This document shows, in pieces, positions 41,401-53,400 of a DNA stretch of 64,000 nt; positions within the stretch are counted from its first letter, which is position 1, and the number at the start of each line of letters is the position of its first letter. Location: contig CAZOXU010000003.1 of NCBI GenBank assembly GCA_964583975.1, forward strand, positions 7,805-71,804, given 5' to 3'. Under the pieces are notes generated by a model that worked only from the letters and a program-made list of their open reading frames with translations, made no database searches and was not told the DNA's origin. The position numbers were made by a program, and so were the translations under genes. The stretch is from an uncultured Planctomycetales bacterium (GTDB lineage: Bacteria > Omnitrophota > Gorgyraeia > Zapsychrales > Fredricksoniimonadaceae).

Positions 41401-44400
41401 ACCCTGTCTTACGTAAAAATCTACCTATTCGTGTAGCTTGTCCTTTTCGTGGGCCTTTTTGAATCAAGGTAATAAATTTGTATATCTTAAATTTTTTCCC
41501 CAACAAACCTACTCGTCTTTGGGTAAAGAGGATCTTCTTTTCTTCGGAAAATACGAGGATGGAAACAGCAACAACAATCATCAATGGAAGTATAAAAATA
41601 AAAGCTATGCTACCAACGATTAAATCAAACGCCCGCATATTCAAAGGTTGCAAGTGTTCTAAAAACCAACGCCTAGCTTGTTTTAATTGAGAGAATGCGA
41701 AGAAATATAAATAAAGCAAACCTGCCCCTACTCCATAAGCCAAGATATCAAACCAATCAAAAACCATTCCCATATCATTTGGTTCACGAAAAGACGTCAG
41801 AGGCATTAAAACTTCAATGAGGCTACTTATAAATAGTGAAAGCAAGGTTATTTGTACTGCAGAAAGTTTTACATCAAGAATCCAATCCCACAAATATATC
41901 ACCATAGCAAGTAAGAACGGTAAAGAAACATCTGGCAATGAACCATTGAGGATGCCATCTACTTGTGTAATTTCAAAATTACTCTGGCGAAAATTCATAC
42001 CCCAAGCAGAGAGCCACAAGAATAATCCTGACAACAAGAAAAGTTCAATGAATTTATTCAGCCAATCTTTTCTGTGCGGATGCGCATATCTTGCAATAAT
42101 TCCCCAAAGAATCACAATTCCCAAAATTGCCCAAGTGGAACCCTCAAGATCAATGACATAAAAATATTCCTGAGCCAAAGCATTGCTTAAGATAAATCCT
42201 AGCAAGAGCATTAAACTTACGATTCCTACAAGAAAAACAACCGAAACAGATCCGACTTCAGCACAGCGATCTGTCGACTGAAGCCTGGCAATTGTCCTTT
42301 TAATCCACCAAACTCTTAGAAATGCCGGAGGATGTGATGTTTGCAAAATGTTTTCTTTGAAATAATTTCCTATCGTATCGGTTACATCGTAACCTGCTTC
42401 ATAAGCATAGGTAGCTCCCCAATAATCCGCCCTTAACTCCTTAAACCAACAGACCAACAATTCAGCGAAAACGATAGGAATCAATAAAACAATAGGGATC
42501 CCTAAATACCAAGCTATCATTGAAGCTAACGGAACGAGGAAAGGAAACGGAATAAGTGCTTGAGACATGTTACGAACAATTTTAAAGAATCTGTTTTCTT
42601 GCAAAGCATTGTTTCTAAAAGCGGTTTCTCTGAGATGAGCAATTTCATGGCCAAAAACAAAAGCATGATCTTTCTCACCCCTTTGCTTCATGTCATCTTG
42701 ATCCAGGGTAATTAATGCAGGTATACAATAATAAATCTGACTTCGTTGACCATAGCCTAATACGAATGGTACTTCTTCCAGGGGTTGATACGCCTTTGCT
42801 GCAGCATGTACGTTATCAAATATTCTTAAGATTGTTTGATCCTCAATGACTTCATATGTAGATGGGTTCTTAGATTTGAATGGATAAAAGAAACATCGTG
42901 CAGCGGCATACACAGCCATGCCGACCATGATTAAATCGTCAACCACAGAAAGCAGAACTATTTGGAAGCCCATGGCGATCCCTAATGACATGGATGGGAT
43001 AAGACGAATGTCTATCTTATTTTTATAGTACCTCTGTGTAAGCTTCGTCAGCAAAAATATCACAATACCGTAGGCAAACACATAAAAAATAAAATGAGGA
43101 TGGCGTTCTTGAAATGTTTGAGAAGATTTAAAGGTAGCCTTTATTGCAGACCACCGATTTACTAAATGCGCAGGAACATTTATGAGAAATTCTTCAACTT
43201 GCGGTTTGATTTTAACGATGAGATCTTTGAAGCTATTTAATTGTTGCTGAGTAATATCAGCATTCAATTTATTAATATACTGCGCTAGAAATGTTCTTAT
43301 CGCATCGCTATGCGCGAAACCACCAAACCCAACCGAAGCTTTCCTTCTAACATCAAAGAATGGATTGTTAGGATAAATTTCTTCTGTTGGCCAATTTAAA
43401 GGAAACTTTTTAAAGAACTCATCCCAAGTTAACCGTAATAAACCAACCCACTCATATGTTTGCTCTTCCTTTACTCTAAAAACAGGGGACCCGCTATCAC
43501 CACAAAACACAACCAGCGTTGAGAAATAAACTAATTTATGATATGTTTCATCGGTATGAGCTTGATCGAGAACAAATCCTTCAGGTAATTGTTTTTCTTC
43601 TTTGGCCATGACCCGACCATAACGTCCTTCCAAAAGAGAATCAGAAGGAATATGGATCCTACCCCACACTAAATTATTGGATATTAAATCAAACTCATAC
43701 GACTTAGATCTCAAATTCTTGATGGCTAGGGCAGCATCTGAATCCGCGATTTGATAAAATAAAACGATCGGATCTTCATCTTTAACCTTAGGTGCCAAGG
43801 AAAATGTGATACCCTTTGGCATAGGAACATCGTCTTGTGTTCGTAATAAAGACAGATCTCCTTGGGCTTTATCAAACTCATTAACTACTACAAACGTATG
43901 CCAGTCGTTCTTATCCGTACTGCCACGTTTTTTCTGCTGAACTAATTTAAAATCCTTCTCACATTTAGAGCAGACAACATGATACTCCGTTAGAAAAAGA
44001 TTATCAGCTATTTGAACGGCCCTACCTATTGAATATTCTGAATCAACATCATAAAGCAGCCCGCTAATATCAGCTTGGGTAAGTGAGTCTTGAGAATTTA
44101 AGATGCTTTGTAAATCTCGCAAATGGGATTGTTTTTGTCTAAGAGTTAAAGTAATCGCAGGTGCAGCAGCACTTTCAATCTGTGCTGATCTTCCCATCAT
44201 TGGTGGATGCTGAGCAAAAGCTGGAGCTGAAGCAAAACAAAGAACGGTCAAAACCCCTAGCCAGGCTTGACGCAAAGCATTATTGGTAGTACCCTTAATT
44301 ATATGATTAAACCATCTGCAGGTTACGTCTCTAATATCAAAAAAGCCATTGCTAAACTTCCCCCGAAAGAACGTGTTCAATTGATTGACTCTTTGCAAAG

Positions 44401-47400
44401 AGAAAGTTGGGCTCAAAGATTTAAGCAGCTTCTCAAACGCATCAATGCCCGCTTTGCCAAACATCCCCTGTCTGCTAAAGAGCTCAATAAAATTATTGAA
44501 GACGCTCGGGAAGAATATCATGCTAAAGGCAGTCGTTGATACTAATGTCCTCGTTAGTTCGCTTCTAAAAGGTACGACTGCTAGAAATATCATCGCCACA
44601 CTCACCCTCAATAAATTTACTCTTGTACTCAGCGAAGATATTTTTGAAGAGATTGTATTTACCTTACGAAAACCTCGATTAGCAGAATTTATTCCTGAAT
44701 CAGATATAATTGTGCTGTTTGCGTTACTGCACCAACGTAGTTTATTTGTTAAACCGAGCAACATTGTTAACATTTGCAGAGACAAGAAAGATAATAAGTT
44801 CCTGTCTTGCGCTTTAGCGGCTAAAGCTGACGTTATCGTCAGCGGAGATAAAGATCTGCTCGTGCTTAATCCCTTCGAAGGTATTGCAATTATTTCTCCT
44901 ACAGAATTTCTGATCATGCTGTACAAGGTTTGAATCCGAACTATCGCTTTTTTATTCCATGGCGTCCAGTCTTTGAGTGGAACAATGAAGGTTCCCAGAA
45001 ATGGACCAAACAAACGCCAAAGGTAAGCTTCTTCATATAAGAAAACAACCTGGCCTGACCAATTCAAATGAACAGCTTTGGGAGGAATTGCCCCTAAATT
45101 TTGTTTAAACCGTATAGGAGAAACAAGACAGAAGAATATAAAATGCACCATATATAAGCCAAAAAATATAAAAGCAAAATGTCCTACTATCGGTAAATAA
45201 AAATTAGTGAGGAATAAAACCATTAGTGATGGCAAGGCAATTATAAGACTTGCAAATTTATTGATCATTAAAAGAGCAAAAATCCAAGTGTCGTTATATT
45301 TAGATGGATTTTGCTTAAGATATTCCCCCCATGAAAGCGATCTAGTAGGCACATTTCTCTTCTCCCAAATCATCCAATAGACTGTTAACAGCGATAATGC
45401 CATTCCCAATGTAGTAAAGCCCACCGTGCTTCCACTAGCTACCAAAGCCGCTGATCCAATAATTCCTATTGGCAGAGCTGCGAATGTAAAACCACCTTGG
45501 GTTGATTGAGGGGTTGGATCTTTTTGAAGGTTTTGGACAGTCGGTCTTTGGGTCCATTGTTTTAATTTATTCCAGACAAGTGAAGCTCTAGCCTGCCGCA
45601 AGGCACCTTCCACCCTTTCTTTTAAATGTTCCAGCAACAGTCTGACATAAAGCTCCTCAGGGTGTTGAACAGCAGCTAATTTCACAGTATTAATCAAATA
45701 ATCTTCAACCACGCTCGAAGCATCGATCTTACCGATCAGAAGATTTGCTTCATCTAAACGGCGCAAAACCTTGCCCACTAAAAGTTCTCTGTTCTCTGGA
45801 TTTTGATCTACTTCCTCTAAGCGGCGCTGGGCGACATCAAGCAATTGCTCAGCCCAAGTTAAACGATTTTCATCAGAAGATCGTATCTCCTGCCGAGCTA
45901 AATCAAGCAAGGCCCCATGTTGCAAAGCAATCCCAGCATTGGCAATTTTTACCGAGTTGATATTGGCGCTTAATAAATGACTTGGTGTAATGAAAGAAAT
46001 GTCTGCTTTTCTAGTGAAACGTGTGTAATTCGAATATGAAAAAACACTAACTGGAAGATCAAGATCGTAAACGCCTTTAGGTTCTTTCATTGCTCCATCA
46101 ACAACAATGACTAGATCTAAATCCGGAGGGAATTCACGGAAACCATAAATATAGCTTCCCAAAACATAAATACTCCACACTTTCACATTAGGACCGATAT
46201 GTTTATAAGCCATGTCTTGAGCCCATTTGACAAGCACATCAGAATTAATACTATTAAGTCTCTCCACAAAAATAGTCTTGGCCCCGTCACTAAATGGGCC
46301 GTAAATAGTTTGGTTGATCTGTTGCAAATATTCCGGGGGCATCAAACGTTTAAAACGAGGATCTAATACCATCGGTTTAAATTGCCTTTGCCGTCGAGAT
46401 ATCCAAGTTAATTCAGATAACTGCGCAAGTGTCAAGTCATAGCGCCTGGCCAACAAACTTCGTACTTTTTGTACAGAAAGTCCACTATTACCCGATGCCT
46501 GCTCCCGACCCACTAAAATGGCAGCGACACTACGCAAATCTCCTTCAGTCAGCCAGAAAATCAGTTCATCATTAATTCTTGTGGTTAGGGCTGGATTATC
46601 TAATGTTGTTCCAGCTAAACCATGAAGAAGTGAAATAGCTATTTCACCTGGTGATTTACGACGAGATCGATAAAGAAATCCTAGAACTTTATCAAGATCT
46701 CTTTCAAGAAACGATTTTGGAAAATCTAAATACGCTGGGAATGTAAGAAATTCTTTGGTGTGCGAAGAGTTGCGCAAAAATTCTTTGATCTTACGTGTGA
46801 TGCGGACAATCCAAAACCAGTGTCTAGAGAATTCAAAACGGGATGAGTTATCTTCAATCAATTTAAACTTTGCTGTTCTCCAACCAATCCAATGCGCCAA
46901 CCAACTCACAAGACTTCCAATACGATGTTGGAAAATAATGCTTAAGAAGATTGCAAGAATGAGCACGGCATCAACTAATCGTGTGGATATTCCCAGAAAA
47001 GGTGCCGACAGCCCACTGAAGAATCCACCAATACCAAGGACCGTCAAAATCTTAGAAACAACTCTATTGTGAGAATCCTGGGAATCTGCTTTTTGCAAAA
47101 ATTCACTCATACTATCATCGGTGCGGATCCATATATCTAAAGAATCAACACCTTCGGTCAGTACGAATGTTACACTTACATTATTGTGTTCTTCATTAAT
47201 ATAATAGTTGACCCATGGCGGGATGTAACTCTCTCCATTGATAAGAATCACTGGCAGACCTTTAGGATCAGAACGAGGTTGATCTTCTTTTACTACCTGC
47301 CCCACATAACTTATTTTAAGGTCTAAATGATGCCTATCTTTTCTATCTATAACAAACAGATTAAGTTCGCCGTCTTTGTCTAAATAAAACACCCCTTCAT

Positions 47401-50400
47401 TATATGGATTGATGGCACACCCAATGGTTTGCCGTTTCTCTAAATGAATCGTGGTCCTAGCTAAACCTTTAGAAGAAGCCTGTAATTTGATTGTCTTAAG
47501 ATGCGGCTTGGGACGCTGTAAAATTCTTTGCTGCAACATTCCCGATTCAAAATCAATAATAGAACCTCGTCCCCACAAATAGGACAAAGTAATTTCCCAA
47601 TAAATAAATAATAAGTTGTGTGCATAAACGATAGCCCAGACATACTTGGTACACCCCGTAAAGAAATCTACGAAGAATAAAAAGTTTAATACAAGCACAA
47701 TAGAGGCATTGGCCATTACTCCCACAAGCGCTTTAAGACCATGGACCTTCCAGGGCATACCATGAAATAAACCAACCCCGATTCGCTTCCAACCATAATC
47801 ACTGCGTCGCCCATTTTCTGGCCCCACAACAAACTGTGCTAAATGATTTGGAATAAGGGCTGCTATAAATAAAATCTGTATGGTAAAAATTTGTAGGGAA
47901 CTTGAATTTCCTAACATCATAGGTAGATTAGCGACCATGGAGGTAGCTTGTTTCCTATTGCGTCGAGTCTTCACTGAAAACCAAGCATACACAACTAAGA
48001 AAATAAGCCATCCCCAAATCCATACTTCAGCCCAATTCCTTACTAACCAATCCCATAAGTTACTTCCCCATCCAGCTGATGCCAAAACGGTTATACCAAC
48101 GATCCCCAAAGGTAGGGCTGCAAATATAAAAACATGCATTTTAAGATAATATCTCAATAAATATAGGCTTAATGCTGCAACGCTAAGCAGGATAATGCTA
48201 GTATTGCTCCAGAAATTATTGCCATCTGCTTCAAGCAATCCTACCCAGGCCTTCTCAGGATTAGGAACTTGCTTAATATCTATATATTGGCTTTTTTCTT
48301 TGGAACTCAGTGCGGCGTACTCTTGTGGGGCAATTAAATGATAAATAAATTGACCATCCTCTGTTTTAAATTCAGTAAGCTTGACGTATTTGAGTTGATC
48401 TTTTAAACCACTTTGACTCTCCATCCACTGAATAACTGCTTGTATCTGTTCAACATGCTGATTAAGAGCGTGCACAAATTTACGCGCACCCATTTTATTT
48501 AAAATCTCATGTCGTTTTTGGTTTTGGTTCTCTAGCCCAAAGACCGTAACGTACCTATCTACGCACATGGGTAAAGATAAACGTGGAGTTAAAGCTATAA
48601 ACCTAGCAGGATCCATCGACAAAGACCTGGCTGCATCCGCATTTAACGGCAGGATTATTGATATTTGGCTTGCCCTTCTTGGCTCGCTTACAATATGAAG
48701 CTTTCCTTGATATAAAAACTCCGCAACCATTCGGGCCGCTTGCAAACCAGTTCCAGCACCATAAGCAAAACCCTGAGCCATTTGTCCTCTAAAGCCATAA
48801 TTCCCTAAACTCAATTTTTCATTCTGGTCAATCCCAATGCCAGTATCTGCAACTGTAATAATTACAATTCCATCATGTTTTTGTAAGCTAATGGCAACTG
48901 TTGAATTTACTAAAGAATATTTAATGGCATTGTGAATCACTTCTCCAATTACAACGTCCTTTAAATTAAGTTCGCCATCTTTAGATTTGATAAAAATCTT
49001 CTGATCAGGAAGATCCATCTTTAAAGTGATGTTTTTGCTTTTAGCAAAGCCTCCTAGATACGTCCCTTGAACCAATTGCATAATCAATTCATTTAAATCC
49101 AAGAGGTTTTCTGTAATATCGCAAGCCGTGCTAGTGGCTGTGACTTTGGACTGATTAAAATTAGCGCCTGACACTAGTTTTTCTGGTTCTTCACTCTTTA
49201 CAAACGGCTTAAACGATAAATACTTCATAGCCCAGAATGTCAAGACAGCCGAAGCGATATGGACCCAGAAATTAATGTATAAACTTTCACCTTCAAGGAT
49301 TCGAGTGCGGAAATTGTCCTTGGTCTTACCCATCTCAACCAAATTAGCCAAGATCCACAGGAAGCTAGCAACGCTCAAACGGATCATCAGTGAACGTCGT
49401 TTTGATTGCTTATCCGTTCCATTAAGGTTTAAATCTTTGCCCTTACGCATAAACCCGAACACAGATATAAGATAGAAATATCCGGTAAGGGCTGGAATAC
49501 TTAAAATCCTTAAATACTGTGCATTAAACTGACTCCACAAGCTTCCATCAGCATCCATACGTTTAAAATAACGGAGGAAACTGTTATTAATGAGATCCCA
49601 ATTACCAACGATATCTTTGCGAATAATAACAAGAATGGTTAAGGCTATAGCAGAAACGAAAGAAATTACCGTTGGCCAATAAATAAACGGACGTGTTTTT
49701 ATCAAAGACTGCTTCTGATAGAACTGTTTATAAAATACATACCCACCTAAGACAACAGCATCCAAAGCCAACATGACAAACATCAGATTCTCATAAATAA
49801 ACGGCCTAGCAATGGTGGATATTGGGGTCACCAACCACGTTATTGTAGTTAGAATGCCCAGCAATGCCATTCGTAGAGCCCAAGGCATCTTTAAAATTTG
49901 CGGTTCTTTGTAATCTACAGATTTTTGTGCTAGAAACACACTACGAATACGGCGAACATGTGGAGCATCAATTTCCTCACGCTTAACTTCCCGATGGATC
50001 GCCTGAATATTTTCAAAACCAATCTTCTTTAGCATTCCTGGAATTCGTCTGGCAGATTGACGATTGGTGCGGCTTACCCAACGTGGCGGAAGAATATTGG
50101 TGATAATAATCCATCCGCCGGGCTTCAATTCATTAAACGCATGGCGATAAGCCGCTCTTACTCTTGACCAACGTTCAAACCAAATGTATTTAAGCCAATT
50201 AAAAAGCTCTACTACAGGCCCTTCAATAGAATGATATAGGTTTGTATTAATGAGCTGCAACCATGACAGTGGATCATTCCATCGTGGCTGTGCATTCCAA
50301 GCTACAAAATCACTGACTCGATGAAACACAACAGCATTACTGCCTGGATATTCTTCTTTAGGAAACCAACGTTTTTGGGTAGCTACATCAATACCAGTCC

Positions 50401-53400
50401 ATCCATACTGGATTTCAGTATCATCAGTACCAAATAATCCATCGTCCCATCTTTCCGTTCTATACTCAAATGCCACATGACGATGCTCGCTAGCCCCTGC
50501 AGCCTTCAAACCTCGGTAAGGCGAACCATTTTGCCCTGCTCCAACTTCCGTGACTACCCCGCCATTGATCTGAATCTTCTGTCCAATCAATTCAAACAGA
50601 GCATCTTCATGTTCATTTCCACTGACACCTGTTGAAAATTCACCTAATAGCTCCTTTGCTTGAGCCAATTCTTCTTTACTCCATCCTTGATCTAAATCTG
50701 GACGAAGTTTGAAATCTTCAATTTGTCTAATGAGATACAAATCATTAAATAAATGAATGCCAATAACAATCAGAGCAGTAAGGCTAAAAGGTTGGGTGAT
50801 TAAAATATACGGTAATAATGGCAGGGCAAAACGAAGTGCAGAGATTATGTCATTCCCGAATGCTTTTATCGGGAATCTAGTGCCTGGATCCCCGATTAAG
50901 ACTTTCGGGGATGACAATAAGTTTCCTCTCTTCTCTATATAGACATGCCAATAACCGAGGCCTAAAGCAACCAGCGCAAAGGTTGCATAGGATAAGCCCC
51001 ATGGCAATGCTGCATTTAACCCAAGGGCGATAGCTACTAACGCTGGTGCCTCTAAGAACAAGACACTTAACAATCCAATGACTGGTTGTTGAATATAAAG
51101 ATACATTAAACTTGATGGCGCTTGGGGGGCCTCTCGAACAACAGTCTGTGCCGGAAGGTGGGCTGGCGCTGGTTTTTCTGCTTTAAAAACACTTTTAATA
51201 TATTTCAACACCCACATCAACGCTGTTGCAACAGCAATTCTCTTTTGCTTCTTAAACATTCTTAAGAATATTGCTGCTGATAACATGAGTGTTCGAATCA
51301 AGGTTTTTGGCATAATGACCAGAAACTTCAACTGACCCCAGACTCCTTTAAAATCTCCACCCTCTGTTATAAATTTCACAAGGCGCTTGAATTCTCTTGG
51401 ATAAAATTCTTTGGCTAATGACCAAATTAAGGAAGGTTGATTATTAAAATCTGCTTTGGTATCAGACAATTCATCAGAAATTTGTAAAAATAACATGAAA
51501 TCGTTTCCAAATTCGACGTCCTGTACTTTGTCCTGTGGAAAACGACCTGCAAAAATATTCTCTAATTCCAAAAGACCACCAAGACGCGTTTTCGCTTTTA
51601 GAATCTCCCACATTTTCTCTACAGTTGGATATAATCCGCTTTCTCGCTCTAGAATGTACGACTCAAATAATTCTTGTGAGACTCTAAGCAAAATATCGCG
51701 TAACTTCTTTGTATCAATTTCGTCCTGCGGCATTTGCACTAAAATCTGGTTGGCCTTGTTTTCAAAATCTTCAACAATCTCTGCTCGATCTCGTTTATCA
51801 TCTTTTGCAACCAATGGAGCTTCGATTTCCTGTAATTGCCTTTGAGTTACACCCTTACTTATTAAAAGACTAGATGGAATCACTGGGAATCGACAAAAAA
51901 GCCGAGACTCAGCAAGAATACCCTTCACTTCATCCAAAGATAATTTATGTCCGAATGTGTCTAAAACTACATCTCCTGTGCGCACATATTGGGTCCAAAG
52001 AATCATCAGTAAATCAAATCTAGACTGCTTCACTATATTTAAATCAACACTCAGCATTTTTACCGCAATATATCCAAAAATACGTGTGGTTGAGTTTACC
52101 TTAATTCCATAACCGCTCCCGTCTTGGGTATCTCTTTTACCATTCATCCAGATTTCTCTAATAAGTTTGAGAAAACTAAATCGACGATCTGAATTTTTCT
52201 GTATTAACCAAAACATGTAAACAAAGATACTAATTACTAAGAAGGCTATTGCGCCCCATACCCAATACCCTGAAAGAACAACCCATGGATAAGCTAACCA
52301 TACCCCAAATACCAAAATACCAACAGTTGTAAGGAATGCTGATAAGACATGCCCACTTTGCGCATTGTTTAACTCAACCCCATCGTTTGTTGCTGTCAAA
52401 TCATGGGCAGGTTGTTCTGGGGTTTCTGGCTTCTTGAGAATTAAGATTGTTGATTCTTTTATTAAGAATTTATACCCGAATTCCTTTTGGATAATTAATA
52501 GAGCCCGCTCTAACTGAGCAATCATCCGGATGACATAAAATTTATCAACCAGTTCCTGAAGTATTTTGTGTTTCTTTATTTCTAATTCTATGACCCCATG
52601 CTCTAAATATGGTAGAAGCACTTCATAAATATCATGCTTTTCTAATTCCGCTATCGACCCAGGTGCTTTTAAGCTTCCCTTTTTACGACGATCGGAAATC
52701 CATTCTTTAATATTAGCGATTTCCTCAATATCAAATAAAAGCGAGGGAGGTTCTTTCTTTGCTTTGGCAGGTCTACCGCCAAGTAAAGTTAAATTTAATT
52801 TCAAAGACTTTGCCCGAGAAAAGATAGCAGTAGGAGTAACACCAAAATATTTCGCTAATTGTGAAGCAGTGGGTGGTTGTTCTTTCGTACTAAATAATTT
52901 ATGTGCCTTACGGAATTTAGATACGGTCAACGTTTTTCTTCCAGGGCTTAACTTTAACCGCAATTGTTTTGCTTTGTTAATTACTTGCTTACCAGTGATC
53001 TTTAAAACTGTAGCCAATTCAAAAGCCGTAGGAGCTTTTGCGGATTTCATTAGTTTCTGATAGGTCTCTCTAAATTGTTTTTTCGACACCTTTTCAGTCT
53101 CAGACCTTAGTTTTAATCGAAGAGCATCCGCACGCTTCATAACGGCTCGGTACTTCAAACCAGTAGCTTTGGCTAATTCTCTTCCCGTTGGCAACCGAGC
53201 TCCATCTATCAAACTCCTATAAATAGCGCGGAATTGTTTCTTAGGCAAAACTTTACGCATCGGAGTCAGTTTTAATTTCAAGTCTTTGCTTCGTTGGCGC
53301 ACAACGTCTGGGGACAATTTAAGCTTCCTAGCCAATTCATCTTTATTTGGTTGCTTGCCTTGGCTTGATAAGTCTTTATAGGCAGCAATAATATCCTTAT

